A stretch of 56,598 nt of DNA from a virus. Taxonomy: Duplodnaviria > Caudoviricetes. Each line of letters opens with the position of its first letter. The stretch's first letter is position 1. A program made the translations under genes and the position numbers. The notes beneath the pieces were generated by a model. The model saw only the letters and a program-made list of their open reading frames with translations, made no database searches and was not told the DNA's origin. This document shows, one piece after another, positions 45,301-54,872 of this stretch. The stretch is from positions 1-56,598 of the IMG/VR virus record IMGVR_UViG_3300030101_003030. One strand, given 5' to 3'.

Positions 45301-48300
45301 AAGTGGTATAGTAGCTGAAACAGCGTTGCCATTAAAATTAGAAACAGGGAAGCTAGGAACTGTATCCAAGAAAATGGATCAGGCTGAATTGATAAATGAA
45401 AAAGAAATTAATGAGGCGGCAGATGAACTGTATGACCTAATGGATGAGGTAAATAACAGACAAGATATATCCGAAAATTCTAGAAAAAAAATATTAAATG
45501 AAATAGAAAGTGAAATAAGAAAATTAGAAGCATATGAATTTGAAACAAAAACTGAGACTCGCACACTTACCAAAAAAGAAAAGGTTAAAGGTATTAGAAA
45601 AGTTGGAACAGATACAAAAAGGCAAAAAGTAATACCATCTACTTTAGGTAAATCTAAAGGCAAGACAGTCAGGTTTATTGGTAAGACACAGAAAGAAGTA
45701 GGAGGTAAAGGTGTATTGACAACAGAAACACGACCTGATGGTAAAGAAGTTTTCATAGTAGAATATCCATCCGGACAGAAGAGTGTGGTGAATGAAACAA
45801 TGGAATCACCTGTAGTCAACAAAGATAAGAACGGAGATCCTGTAAGTGTAACCCTAACAGATAAAAGCGGTAATCAACTTACAGTGTTGGATGCTGACTA
45901 TGCATTAGATGAAGCTATTATTCAAAGAGAAAATGCTCTTGGACCTATTGAAGAAAATGTATTTGAACAAGTATTAGAAGAGGTTGAAAGAGAAGTTACT
46001 GAACAACAAGAAGTTATAAAAGAAAAACAAGCAACACCTGAAGCTGTTGTTACGGAAGAAGTAGTGACTGAAGAAGCAGTAGAAAAAACTCCTGTTGCTA
46101 AAGAGACAATAGACGAAAGCCTTGAGTCTTTATTTGATGAGATAGTAGGTGAACCTAATACAACTGAAGATGCTCCAATTAAAAAACAAAAGACAGAGGT
46201 TGAAAGTGTTACTGTTAACAGATCAAGCGACAGACCTTTTAGTTCTCCTATTAAAAAAATTATTGGGCAGGCAAAACGTGCAGCAAAGTCAATAAAAAAT
46301 ATTGCTCCCAATGTAAAGATAATCTTACACGAATCAGAGGCTGACTACAGAAACTCTGTGCCGGGAGCACAAGATGGAGAAGCAGGTGCATTCAATGCAG
46401 GAACTAACACCATTCACATTAACCTTCCTAATGCTGCTGCAAGAACTAATATAACTACAGTAGGGCATGAAACTTTTCACAGCATACTATTTAATCTATT
46501 CAACAATGAGGCGTTAACACAGGCGTTCTCAAGAGATATGTTGGAGGGATTAAAGAAGGCTTCTGTAAAAGGTTCTGCTATTGAAAAACAACTTGATGCG
46601 TATATTAAACAATATGATGATCAAGGCGTACACAATGAGGAGAAGTTGGCTGAGATCTTTGGGTATCTTGCAGGCAACTATGAAACCTTAGATGTAAAGT
46701 CTAAAAATATTCTAAAGAGACTTATAGAAAAGCTAGCTAAGATTTTAAACATAGCAAAATATAAAGCTAAGTTTACTGAGGATGATGTGGCTATGGTTAA
46801 GCTAATGAATAACTTATCAGCTAAAATATCTGAAGGAATAGAAATAACAGAGGCTGATATTCCTATAGAAGTATCAAAAAGAAAAGAACAGCAGCAAAAT
46901 TTAAAAAGACAATTAAAAGAAAAAATAAATGAAAAAGAAAAAACAACAGCAGGAAGCAGGCTCATCAATGAGCCCTTACAGGATGCGACAAAAATTGCTA
47001 ATAGATTTGCAAAAAGAAAAGGCTTCTCTTTTAGAGGAGATGAGACAAGCACAGAGTTCAACAAAGAGCGTGCAACAAGGATAGCCAAAGCCTATGAGGC
47101 AATGGCTAATGATCCTAATAACCCTGAAGTAAAAGCAGCGTATCAAGCCTTGATTGATGAAACTCTTGAGCAGTATCAAGAGATATTAAAAGATGGCTAC
47201 GTTGTAGAGATTGACAATGAAGATGCTTACAATAATTCTCAAGAAATGATTGAGGATGTAAGAGAAAATAAAAGGTTAAAAATCTTTGCAACAGAGGCAG
47301 GTTTTGGTGACGTACAAATTACAGATGAACAAAGAAAAAGAAACCCTCTTTTACAAGACAGTGGGCTAAAAGATGTTAACGGAAAAATACTTTTAGTTAA
47401 TGATGTGTTTAGATTTGTTCATGACTTCTTTGGTCATGCTAAAGAAGGCAATAGCTTTGGTCCAAAGGGAGAAGAGATAGCTTGGAGAGTTCATTCGCAA
47501 ATGTATTCTCCGCTTGCAAGAAGGGCGATGACTACTGAAACTAGAGGTCAGAACTCATGGGTAAACTTCTCAGGTGTTAATGAAGAGGCTTTTAAATTAC
47601 GTGATAAAGCGAGACAACTAAGGAAAGAAGGTAAGCTTGAGGAGGCTTTAAAGTTAGTTGATCAGGTATATGAGATGATGTCTTTTGCAGAACAAAAGAT
47701 AGGACTGTTACCTGTCGAATTTACAGTATTAGAAAAACAACCAAGTATAAAAAGACAGTTAGGTGACACTAATAAAATAAATGAATTTGTAAAACAAGCA
47801 AAAGAAAAAGGAGCTACAGATAGTGCTATTAAACTTGTGCTTGAATCTAGGGGGGTAACTAAAAGTGTTATAGATAAAATATTTGCTGCCAAGGTACGAA
47901 CCAAGAGACCACCTTCAGCAGCTAAAATATTAGGTAAGCCAAAGCCTAAAAAGGTAACGGCAAATGAAATGACATTGCTCAAAGAAAAGATAAGAGCCAT
48001 TGCAAAAGAAACAAGAAGTGTAGGGGTAGCAGTAAATAAAATACGTAAAGAGTTACAACGTGAGATAGCACAAATAGGTAAGGGAAGAAAGGTAGAGCTT
48101 TCACCTGCGACATTAACTAAGATAACCTCACGTATTAATAAAGCAAAGTTATTTACTAAAGAAGGAACGCTTAACAATGAGATGATTGATGAGATCGTTC
48201 AGTACATTGATGAGCAATACACTACCCTTGAAAGGAAAAAAGAAAATGTAGCTCTTAACAAAAAGAGAAAGACAGCATTAAAAAATATTATGTCCGGCAA

Positions 48301-51300
48301 GTTGGGAGTGCCAAAAGTAATAACGAGACAAATGCAAAGATTGTTTGCGGCAGACTCCACTCTTATTCCTGACTCAGCTTTAAATAAATATAAAGCTCTA
48401 GTCGAATCCATAGGGGAAAGAACTAGCGTTTTAACAGTGGATGAAGTATCACAAGTAGAAAGACAAGTTGATTCTATATTAAAAGATCTTGACTTCAGAA
48501 CATCTCAAATAGATATATATGCTGAGATGTATAAAGACTATGATAAAAAAGTAAAGAATGCTGATGGAAGTATTAGCTATTCTAAAACCATAGATAAGAT
48601 GGTGGATGATGGTGAACTTAATTTATCTACCGAAGATGCTGCACTAATGAAGAAGTTTAAAAAAGAAATACTTCCTCCGCCTGAACCAAAAACTAAAGAA
48701 GAAAAACAAAAAGAAGAAGAAGAAGCAGCAATAGAAAAAGAATTATTTCTTGAAGAGATTGGAGAGCTGAGTATAAAATCAGACAAGCTAACAACTAGGG
48801 ATGAGAGAAAGGTTGCTAATAAATTAAATAAACTTATAAAAACAGACGGAGTAAAAGACCTGAGCAACAATGATTTAAAAAAATTAATAAAGATCATTGA
48901 CAATATAAATAACGGATGGCTTCCTCACCTATCACAAATAATGGTAGAGAAGATCAATAGTAATAATAGATCTAAAATAGTTTCATCAGCTATTCGGAAA
49001 GCTAAAGTATTTAGTCCTCTTCAACAAGCTAAAAAATTAAGAGCCTTACTTAATTCTCAGCTAAGTCCTGACGGAAGAAGAAAGAATAAAATATATCAAG
49101 CAGTGTCAGTGCGTTCACTTAGTTACATAGACTCAGTGATAGGGCTAAAGGGAAGAGAGATATTTAAAAATATATTCGACTCAACAGCTAAAGCGTTTAC
49201 AAATTTTGATTCAGACAACAACAAAGTAAACAAGCGTATAGATGAAGCATTAAATAAAATATCAAAATCATACAAAAATAACAACAATAAAATACATGAG
49301 GCAAAAGCACGTATGATGACATACTTAATTCAAAGAGAGTTTGAGTCTAATCCTGAGCGAGTGGGAGAGGTTAACCCTGCAATAGATTATTTAAACGATA
49401 CTATTAAAAATGAAAGGGAACAAGGTAATGAGGGTGAGGCTGATATGCTTCAAAACATAATAGATAAGTATTCTATAGAGGGAGAGCTCGATGCAGATGG
49501 GAAACCTACTAAAGAAATATCTCTTGATAAGATATATAAATCTTTTAACAAGGCAGAACTAAATGGCATTAAAGTTATTGATGAAGTAAATAAAGAGCTA
49601 ACTGATATAGCAGAGTTTACTGCAGGTGTAGTAAGAGGAAAGATAATGAGTCCTATTGTAGACTACATTCATATGTGGGTCAAACAAGATAATACACAGC
49701 AACAATTTGAAGATAAAAACTCTGACTTTAATTCTTACATGAAGGGTACTAAGCCATCCACAAAAGCTAAAAACTTAGAGGAAAGAACACAAAAATCTAA
49801 GGCTATAAATTTTGATCCCTTTGGAGCAACAAGAAGAGGGGCAAGAATGACCTTGCTTGATTACCACATGACACCTGTAGTGAGAGAAACAAACAGAACC
49901 CTTAGAAAGACAAAAGATATTTTAGAAGAGGATAACAAACAAACAAGGGAGATATTTAGAGGGGTTAAGGCAGCATACGATCAAGTAGTAGAGGATGTAA
50001 TAGGAAGAGGATTTAATAGTAGCTCAGTAGGAGATAATGCTATTAAGTATATAGCTAAGGCAGGTTATCGAACAATGCTTTCGAGTCCTGCAAGAATGAC
50101 ATTAGAATTTCTCGCCAACCTTCTTAATGCAGGCGTTATAAATCCATTAGGGTTTGCTAAAGGGTTTAGTGTGATGAGTAAATTAAGCGGACAAGAGCAG
50201 GCGGAGCTTCTTAGAATTTTAGAATCAAAACAACAAACAAGATTATATTCGGATGCTTTAAAAGGAAGAATGGTAGATACAAGTATTATTGAATCAAAAG
50301 CAGGAATACAAAACACAAAACTGAAAGGAGAGGTAATTAATAGAGCATCTCAAATTGGATCTTATCTTAGAAAATATCCTTCGGGTATAGAGTTTATAGC
50401 TGACACCATGATTACCACTCCGGATAAAGCGGTAATGCGACCTTTGTGGTTAGGAACTTTTAGCAGAGAGTTTAAAAAAATAACAGGCAAGGAAATAGAC
50501 ATGGATAAAGTTCTTGCAAAGGATGAGGCATACTTAAATAAAAACCAAGAGGCACTCGATAAGGCAACTGAAGTAGCTGATAGAGATAGTATATTTTCAG
50601 GATACACTGACAATCCTTTTATGAAAGTTATTAGTGGAACAAAAAGGTCGGAAACAAAAATAGATCCAATAAAAAATATATATAAAGACTACAACAGGTT
50701 TATGTTAAGTTTTTTATTGAACGAATATGAAACGACAAGATATTCTATTAATGTTCTGTATGAAGGAGGAGAAATATCAAGAATAAAAGCAGGGCAACTA
50801 TTAGCCGCTACTACCTCACGTATGGTTTTATATACTTCTTTGATTGGATTAGTAGGGAATGTCTTTGCAGACTTTATAAGAAGCATGTTCGGAGCCGACA
50901 TGGAAGACGAAGAAGAAGAGAAAGATTTAACCCTGTCAATAGGTCAAGGATTGGTTTCTACTTTTAATACCTTAGCTTTTGGAGCATCTTACGGACAGTT
51001 TATGAGAAGTATAATTAATAACCCTTACTTTGGAACTGAATACTTTAATGAAAAATATCTTACTGCTCTGCAAGAAGGAGAGTATGATCCATACAAAGAT
51101 GCTATAGGGTTCTCTGCATTCACTAAACCTACAGGGCAGGAAAAATATAAAGGAAAAAATACTTTCAAATTTTTTGTAAACTTTTTAGGTCCTTACTCTC
51201 CTCTAGCAAAAACATTTGATAAATTCTACACCATGAAAACAAGAGAAGAGGAGGCTAAAAAAGAAGAAACAAAAGCAAGAAGATCTCAAGAAGAAATACT

Positions 51301-51505
51301 TCTAATAATGCAAGGTTTAGGTCATTTTAACTTAATCCCTTTCTTTAAAGATGTCAACAAAGCATACACAAGAGAAGTGTATAAAGACTTTAGAAAGGCA
51401 GAGAAAGAAATAAAGAAAACGTCAAGAGAAAAAAGAGCGGAAAAATATTTAAAGAAAAGAAAGGATAGAAGAAAAAGATATTTAGACAGAAGAAAGAGAG
51501 AATAA
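42317..51505 (+). CDS. Giant ejection/polyvalent protein (3062 aa) with zincin HExxH and HDxxGH domain
   Basis: GHETFH...EEKLAE; VHDFFGH...TETRGQNSW; last gene of virion arm. Confidence 0.8.
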   Translation: MNEEAIRDGYNYFVSTGYNGTYDDYVALINGNENALNDTYLHFTSTGYNGGIDDFKTLMGVGTKIQEKVEVQPKTPITKGVKGVASEILNIKKKEDTESASEDGSLVSPKATTVEEFKEMYMGKSDPITVEQASKKIDFNSLKTEEERVTYSNMDEETKRTYNNLSDEINRLQTKLDDQLKQPSNPFQEQSIANTKNQLSFNKKTRELLYNQNKPVDPILGPQDDVNWFSESVEKIVNPRLIAGEGALSGGIEETVVNQLNYTFGDYGFKFEEADYLGDGMNVYTATGEKLYIDLDNFTDANNKKESEKLKKFLYDNKRSSELAYSMDKGPIRKTKKYRDEKELQREMKMFQYKTNQFQKETQDFINKRISFEEKVKEFNKKAQKEGATEENILLQQEIIKEQEELTAEAKLLEEKNNDFAGRGQEIDKLTAEYYNVLEDRGGFFGTTNSMFMEGVGEIVAGAVETGRMLPEIIGDTLTFISGKALQGVGYVTGEDIEMKDVNIIPTSALIDNYDYYLLEAAKEKGYKSIDELPPNIKNEIDRDLRDKAIKTQLYGKKGQSNPYSKYTNQLLKDRSGGVLDNIRDGFRTALGETSTRQYDEDFQNSWLGQVYAGTIKSVPAILSLFLNPVSAGTKASTIAKRALNPKESWALIFQSQDAISQQMNTAEFENVSETEKLAVSVPIALTTATLENIGFRNMSKLKGFTNGILMRALGRTGGKQVTAKTFEEIIKNEVKSLTAKGLLTMGAMGAAEFETGLAQEFADVTVKQIYNAVKGSEMFETPESLAEYTLQLLNSGAQEAVGAQILGMPKTVSVLASKNDLKAADNATWNLFTNLNNKPTFLGLFKEHLEVEIRNKRMSAAEAKRVFETYKNTTQAYEQIPKDMSREAQKESVDLIMRRQALEESKRDKNPNLVVPIDNEIQAIDNRLKEISEQDAIQKQSTGKVDANQQTSDAQTVETGESTTESQKLTGEELQDQEADAVQEVTEEEVKKEISGIVAETALPLKLETGKLGTVSKKMDQAELINEKEINEAADELYDLMDEVNNRQDISENSRKKILNEIESEIRKLEAYEFETKTETRTLTKKEKVKGIRKVGTDTKRQKVIPSTLGKSKGKTVRFIGKTQKEVGGKGVLTTETRPDGKEVFIVEYPSGQKSVVNETMESPVVNKDKNGDPVSVTLTDKSGNQLTVLDADYALDEAIIQRENALGPIEENVFEQVLEEVEREVTEQQEVIKEKQATPEAVVTEEVVTEEAVEKTPVAKETIDESLESLFDEIVGEPNTTEDAPIKKQKTEVESVTVNRSSDRPFSSPIKKIIGQAKRAAKSIKNIAPNVKIILHESEADYRNSVPGAQDGEAGAFNAGTNTIHINLPNAAARTNITTVGHETFHSILFNLFNNEALTQAFSRDMLEGLKKASVKGSAIEKQLDAYIKQYDDQGVHNEEKLAEIFGYLAGNYETLDVKSKNILKRLIEKLAKILNIAKYKAKFTEDDVAMVKLMNNLSAKISEGIEITEADIPIEVSKRKEQQQNLKRQLKEKINEKEKTTAGSRLINEPLQDATKIANRFAKRKGFSFRGDETSTEFNKERATRIAKAYEAMANDPNNPEVKAAYQALIDETLEQYQEILKDGYVVEIDNEDAYNNSQEMIEDVRENKRLKIFATEAGFGDVQITDEQRKRNPLLQDSGLKDVNGKILLVNDVFRFVHDFFGHAKEGNSFGPKGEEIAWRVHSQMYSPLARRAMTTETRGQNSWVNFSGVNEEAFKLRDKARQLRKEGKLEEALKLVDQVYEMMSFAEQKIGLLPVEFTVLEKQPSIKRQLGDTNKINEFVKQAKEKGATDSAIKLVLESRGVTKSVIDKIFAAKVRTKRPPSAAKILGKPKPKKVTANEMTLLKEKIRAIAKETRSVGVAVNKIRKELQREIAQIGKGRKVELSPATLTKITSRINKAKLFTKEGTLNNEMIDEIVQYIDEQYTTLERKKENVALNKKRKTALKNIMSGKLGVPKVITRQMQRLFAADSTLIPDSALNKYKALVESIGERTSVLTVDEVSQVERQVDSILKDLDFRTSQIDIYAEMYKDYDKKVKNADGSISYSKTIDKMVDDGELNLSTEDAALMKKFKKEILPPPEPKTKEEKQKEEEEAAIEKELFLEEIGELSIKSDKLTTRDERKVANKLNKLIKTDGVKDLSNNDLKKLIKIIDNINNGWLPHLSQIMVEKINSNNRSKIVSSAIRKAKVFSPLQQAKKLRALLNSQLSPDGRRKNKIYQAVSVRSLSYIDSVIGLKGREIFKNIFDSTAKAFTNFDSDNNKVNKRIDEALNKISKSYKNNNNKIHEAKARMMTYLIQREFESNPERVGEVNPAIDYLNDTIKNEREQGNEGEADMLQNIIDKYSIEGELDADGKPTKEISLDKIYKSFNKAELNGIKVIDEVNKELTDIAEFTAGVVRGKIMSPIVDYIHMWVKQDNTQQQFEDKNSDFNSYMKGTKPSTKAKNLEERTQKSKAINFDPFGATRRGARMTLLDYHMTPVVRETNRTLRKTKDILEEDNKQTREIFRGVKAAYDQVVEDVIGRGFNSSSVGDNAIKYIAKAGYRTMLSSPARMTLEFLANLLNAGVINPLGFAKGFSVMSKLSGQEQAELLRILESKQQTRLYSDALKGRMVDTSIIESKAGIQNTKLKGEVINRASQIGSYLRKYPSGIEFIADTMITTPDKAVMRPLWLGTFSREFKKITGKEIDMDKVLAKDEAYLNKNQEALDKATEVADRDSIFSGYTDNPFMKVISGTKRSETKIDPIKNIYKDYNRFMLSFLLNEYETTRYSINVLYEGGEISRIKAGQLLAATTSRMVLYTSLIGLVGNVFADFIRSMFGADMEDEEEEKDLTLSIGQGLVSTFNTLAFGASYGQFMRSIINNPYFGTEYFNEKYLTALQEGEYDPYKDAIGFSAFTKPTGQEKYKGKNTFKFFVNFLGPYSPLAKTFDKFYTMKTREEEAKKEETKARRSQEEILLIMQGLGHFNLIPFFKDVNKAYTREVYKDFRKAEKEIKKTSREKRAEKYLKKRKDRRKRYLDRRKRE
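45123..45275 (+). CDS. Nested out-of-frame small basic protein (50 aa, MPFKSKAQEKWM...LPER)
   Basis: +1 frame inside the giant gene; resembles the recalled MPFKS..Q..WM..P...W..E.P..LPER phage family; A at -3 and A-rich upstream. Confidence 0.65.
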   Translation: MPFKSKAQEKWMRINKPRMHKQWRQENPQQSLKNLPERNSKIRKQMQSKR

Positions 51506-51512
51506 AAACACT

Positions 51513-51941
51513 TCAATAATACTTTACGTACTTAAATGACTTGTTGAATTTAAAGTAAGCCATTAGCTCCTGATCGTTGACCGCTCCTTCACGTGGTGGT
51601 CTACCTCCCCACATTACCTCTCCCTTTAATATTCTAACAGGTGAGTAGATGAGACCATCATCACACGCCCATATCATTATAGGGTTCAGCCTCTTGTCTG
51701 ATAGCTTAACCAACTTACGCAAGGCTACAGGTAATGGGAATGCTTTGTTCATATTGCAATGCCTACCCTTGATCTCAGCATAGGCTATCAGCTCACTCTC
51801 CTCATTGAAGATCTTGTAGTCAATGTCATTGTCACCTAGCTTTTCAAATGATCCTTTGAAGATACGAACAAAAGCCTTGACAGCTTTACGCTCCCTCTCA
51901 ATATCTGCAGTGGTTTCAAATCTCATAGGTTCATCAAACAA
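51513..51941 (-). CDS. PD-(D/E)xK-like nuclease
   Basis: IDY...AEIKGR. Confidence 0.65.
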   Translation of the reverse strand: MFDEPMRFETTADIERERKAVKAFVRIFKGSFEKLGDNDIDYKIFNEESELIAYAEIKGRHCNMNKAFPLPVALRKLVKLSDKRLNPIMIWACDDGLIYSPVRILKGEVMWGGRPPREGAVNDQELMAYFKFNKSFKYVKYY

Positions 51942-52633
51942 TTAAAGGCAGTGTGTCCACCGATTACTATACCAACTCCTATCGCCTGCTTCTTAAAGTT
52001 CTTTGCATAAGCAGCAGCGTATGAGGTCCTATCTATACCACACCCCACTTGCATTCCAAATATCTTTTCATGTGTACCTACTGTCCAATCTACATACGCC
52101 TGTGTATGTATATGTCCCTGACAGGTAGACATCATATCGTTCTTTGCACGTGTCCTTGCTGTGCCACCCTCACCATGTACGTACTGCACATCATCATACA
52201 CCACCCTGTCCTGCCAATTCCATTTTGTACCAAGCACATCATTGTATGACTTGATCCACTGCTTAGGTATGGCAGATGAAAAAGCCTTTCTCATTATCAT
52301 GCGATCATGGTTACCGATGATCACGTCTGCTTTCTTAAATGATTCTTTCCATGGTTTTAGTTTTCTAATAGCCGCAGTCAGTTCATCTCCTCCGCCCATA
52401 GCATTAGGATCAGTCTCATGATAGCTTGAATAGTGGTTGTCAATAATATCTCCAATAAATATTGTGTGGTTGCAGTTGTATATATTATATATATGTTTAC
52501 AGAACTCAAAGTAACCCTCTTGAATAAAGGGTGCATGTAAGTCCCCTATCACTAAGACTCTTCTTTCTTTTTTATTTAAGTTCTCAAAAGCTTCTTTTCT
52601 TTTTCCTTTTAGTCTTGGTCTAATTGATGTCAT
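51923..52633 (-). CDS. Calcineurin-like metallophosphoesterase
   Basis: GDLH, GDIID, GNHD, HG, GHIH motifs. Confidence 0.92.
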   Translation of the reverse strand: MTSIRPRLKGKRKEAFENLNKKERRVLVIGDLHAPFIQEGYFEFCKHIYNIYNCNHTIFIGDIIDNHYSSYHETDPNAMGGGDELTAAIRKLKPWKESFKKADVIIGNHDRMIMRKAFSSAIPKQWIKSYNDVLGTKWNWQDRVVYDDVQYVHGEGGTARTRAKNDMMSTCQGHIHTQAYVDWTVGTHEKIFGMQVGCGIDRTSYAAAYAKNFKKQAIGVGIVIGGHTAFNCLMNL

Positions 52634-52811
52634 CTTGTAACGAATCTAATAAAACTTGGAGGCTTTTAATCTGTTCTTTTACCACAGACTTTAAGTCCTC
52701 ATACTCTCTGTCAATTAAGTGTTCGTAGATTTGATTATTTGTTTCGTGCAGCTCCTTCATCATCATGTTTATATGACGTAATCTTTCTTGCTCTATTGCA
52801 CTTATGCTCAT
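52620..52811 (-). CDS. Hypothetical helical protein
   Basis: Coupled ORF. Confidence 0.75.
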   Translation of the reverse strand: MSISAIEQERLRHINMMMKELHETNNQIYEHLIDREYEDLKSVVKEQIKSLQVLLDSLQDDIN

Positions 52812-53047
52812 TGAATTGTATCCATGGTCTCCATATAAAAGCGACCTTGATTTTCATTTACTTTTCTTATTCTTCTATAAATTGCTCTAGACATTCTCTT
52901 AACTGCATCCTTCTCTGCCTTAGTGGAGTCGCTACCAAGATGTGCATATAACGAACAGTCTATGCGTAATAGCTCATCAAGTTTTTGCTTGTCCGTCCAA
53001 GAGGAGAACTCTACAATCTTATCTATATCTTCAAATTTATAAGTCAT
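52808..53047 (-). CDS. Hypothetical protein
   Basis: Promoter TATATTTG just upstream. Confidence 0.8.
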   Translation of the reverse strand: MTYKFEDIDKIVEFSSWTDKQKLDELLRIDCSLYAHLGSDSTKAEKDAVKRMSRAIYRRIRKVNENQGRFYMETMDTIQ

Positions 53048-53092
53048 CTAAACAAATATACTAAATTAAAACAAATATTACAATAGCAAATA

Positions 53093-53290
53093 GTTTGATT
53101 AAAATCAAACAAATCAAACTTTGCCCATTTAGGGGCAAGACCATAACATTTATGTTACACTACTGTAACATGGCTAGTGTTTATAAGGGTTTCAGCCTGC
53201 CCATTTAGGGACAAGACATGGTATCATGCCTAAAAAGACATGGTATCATACCCAAGCAATGGGTAAAATCTTTGCATAATGGGTAAAGAA
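53093..53290. repeat. Non-coding cluster of direct and inverted repeats
   Basis: TGCCCATTTAGGG(G/A)CAAGAC x2, AAGACATGGTATCAT x2, AATGGGTAAA x2, several palindromes. Confidence 0.8.
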
Positions 53291-53303
53291 AAATTATATA
53301 CAC

Positions 53304-53334
53304 AAAAAAAGGGGACATTGGCGTATGTCCCCCT
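53304..53334 (-). terminator. Intrinsic terminator
   Basis: GGGGACAT/ATGTCCCC stem followed by T7 on minus. Confidence 0.85.
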
Positions 53335-53386
53335 TCCTGATTTACTAAAATAAATAGAAAAATATATGAGATTATAAATATAATAA

Positions 53387-53653
53387 TTATTTTCTAATAG
53401 TTTTAGAAGGTGACTTTATTTTTCTAATCTCTTCCTGAATAGCTTTCTTGCTGTTCTTTGCTTTGCTATTCCATATGTCCCACCAATCCTTAAACTTGTC
53501 CTCCTGTTGTTCGCCAAGATCTTCCACTGAAATAATAATCTCAGGCTTTACTTTTCTGATAGCCTCTGACTTGCTATCTGCAGGAATTAAGGTGTAGTGT
53601 GTTACATATCCTGTCTCATGTTGTTGACTGTGTGTGATTTTAAATACGTTCAT
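53387..53653 (-). CDS. Hypothetical protein
   Basis: Packed ORF. Confidence 0.7.
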   Translation of the reverse strand: MNVFKITHSQQHETGYVTHYTLIPADSKSEAIRKVKPEIIISVEDLGEQQEDKFKDWWDIWNSKAKNSKKAIQEEIRKIKSPSKTIRK

Positions 53654-53969
53654 CTGATAAAATTTGATTTAAGTTAATATAATCGAGATAGTCATCCACA
53701 TCTATCTCCTTTATGCTTATGTATATTGGGACATCTCCCTCTTGTTTTAAGTATTCGATCTCAAAGTATAAAGGCTCATCAAGTTTTACTACGCCACCTA
53801 CCTTCTGTGCCCATCCATCTTTCTCAGGTAACAGAGGTGCATTGACATCAACCTGATTGGCTATGTTCAATGAATAATGAAGCTCATAATCTTTTAGCTG
53901 ATCAATGAATTGCATATCAACCTCAAAGTTATTCTGTTGCTCCTCTATATATTTCTGTTCTGCATCCAT
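53640..53969 (-). CDS. Acidic hypothetical protein
   Basis: Packed ORF. Confidence 0.7.
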   Translation of the reverse strand: MDAEQKYIEEQQNNFEVDMQFIDQLKDYELHYSLNIANQVDVNAPLLPEKDGWAQKVGGVVKLDEPLYFEIEYLKQEGDVPIYISIKEIDVDDYLDYINLNQILSDERI

Positions 53970-54177
53970 GGTCTTTTAGTTCTTTTAGTCTATACTCCTG
54001 TAGCTTTGACACCCTGCCTTTTGGTGTCTTCACTTCGCTGAATAAAACATCACAATCTTTTGGTATAGCTATGATGTCAGGGATTCCATTCTTATTTGTC
54101 TTTACTAACTTGATAACGTAGTATCCTTCAGCTTCAAGTTGTTTGATTCGTTTAGATTGGATTTGTTGCTCGGTCAT
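53929..54177 (-). CDS. VRR-NUC/Holliday-junction resolvase-like nuclease
   Basis: EQQIQ...GIPD...FSEVKTPKGRVSKLQ. Confidence 0.88.
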   Translation of the reverse strand: MTEQQIQSKRIKQLEAEGYYVIKLVKTNKNGIPDIIAIPKDCDVLFSEVKTPKGRVSKLQEYRLKELKDHGCRTEIYRGATE

Positions 54178-54476
54178 CTTATGGTATCTCCTACATCTGT
54201 AATGTCTAGGTCTATGCCCTTTAAATATTTTAATATATTAATAATAAAGTTATTGTGATAAGCTGTGTCTACGTGCTTATCTTTTTCATCAAAAACTAAA
54301 CATATTCCTTTAGATATACCTAGCTCTCTTCTGTGTGTGGGATGGGCATACACATCATCCATACGTCTAGCTGTCTTAATTATTTCTTTATGGCTATGAG
54401 TTCCTATGATTTTACTCAGCTCCTTAACACTTGTGAAATTTTCTTTAATCATTTTTTTTATTTTTAAATTTAACAT
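54174..54476 (-). CDS. Hypothetical protein
   Basis: Packed ORF; start may be ~24 nt downstream. Confidence 0.65.
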   Translation of the reverse strand: MLNLKIKKMIKENFTSVKELSKIIGTHSHKEIIKTARRMDDVYAHPTHRRELGISKGICLVFDEKDKHVDTAYHNNFIINILKYLKGIDLDITDVGDTIR

Positions 54477-54636
54477 TATACAAAGACAGGTATGGCTCCA
54501 CCTCTTTTAGTTTAGCAAACTTAATATATTCTCCTTGTTCGTCTAAAACTTTTACCATTGAGATTACAATCTTTGGTTCACCATCTATTAGTTTATAATC
54601 ATATCTTGTCACTTCTAAGCTACCTACTTTTTTCAT
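54445..54636 (-). CDS. Hypothetical protein
   Basis: AAATCAAATG leader, TATCTTTA upstream. Confidence 0.75.
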   Translation of the reverse strand: MKKVGSLEVTRYDYKLIDGEPKIVISMVKVLDEQGEYIKFAKLKEVEPYLSLYNVKFKNKKND

Positions 54637-54680
54637 TTGATTTAATTTATTATAAAGATACGAAATCCTTTTTTAAAAAA

Positions 54681-54872
54681 TTAGTCACGAGGTGTGCCTA
54701 CATAAATCTCTCTCTCTAGTTCTTTTATATTTTCTTTTAGTTCATTTACTTTATTACACGTATGGTTTAAAGATTCAATTAGCTCTTTTTTTATTTTAAT
54801 AAGTGTAATTATAACGCTTTCCTTATGCTCAATTACTTCTTGCATGTGTTTTATTTTTTCATCTTTTGTCAT
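54681..54872 (-). CDS. Coiled-coil hypothetical protein
   Basis: ATGA overlap with helicase. Confidence 0.7.
   Translation of the reverse strand: MTKDEKIKHMQEVIEHKESVIITLIKIKKELIESLNHTCNKVNELKENIKELEREIYVGTPRD

Noticed and set aside
42317-51505. crAss-like virion RNA polymerase
   Set aside because: No DxDxD catalytic motif in a plausible context seen; host-type promoters are used
53133-53160. dif-like site (CATAA...TTATGTTACAC)
   Set aside because: Spacer is 3 nt rather than 6 and there is no XerC arm
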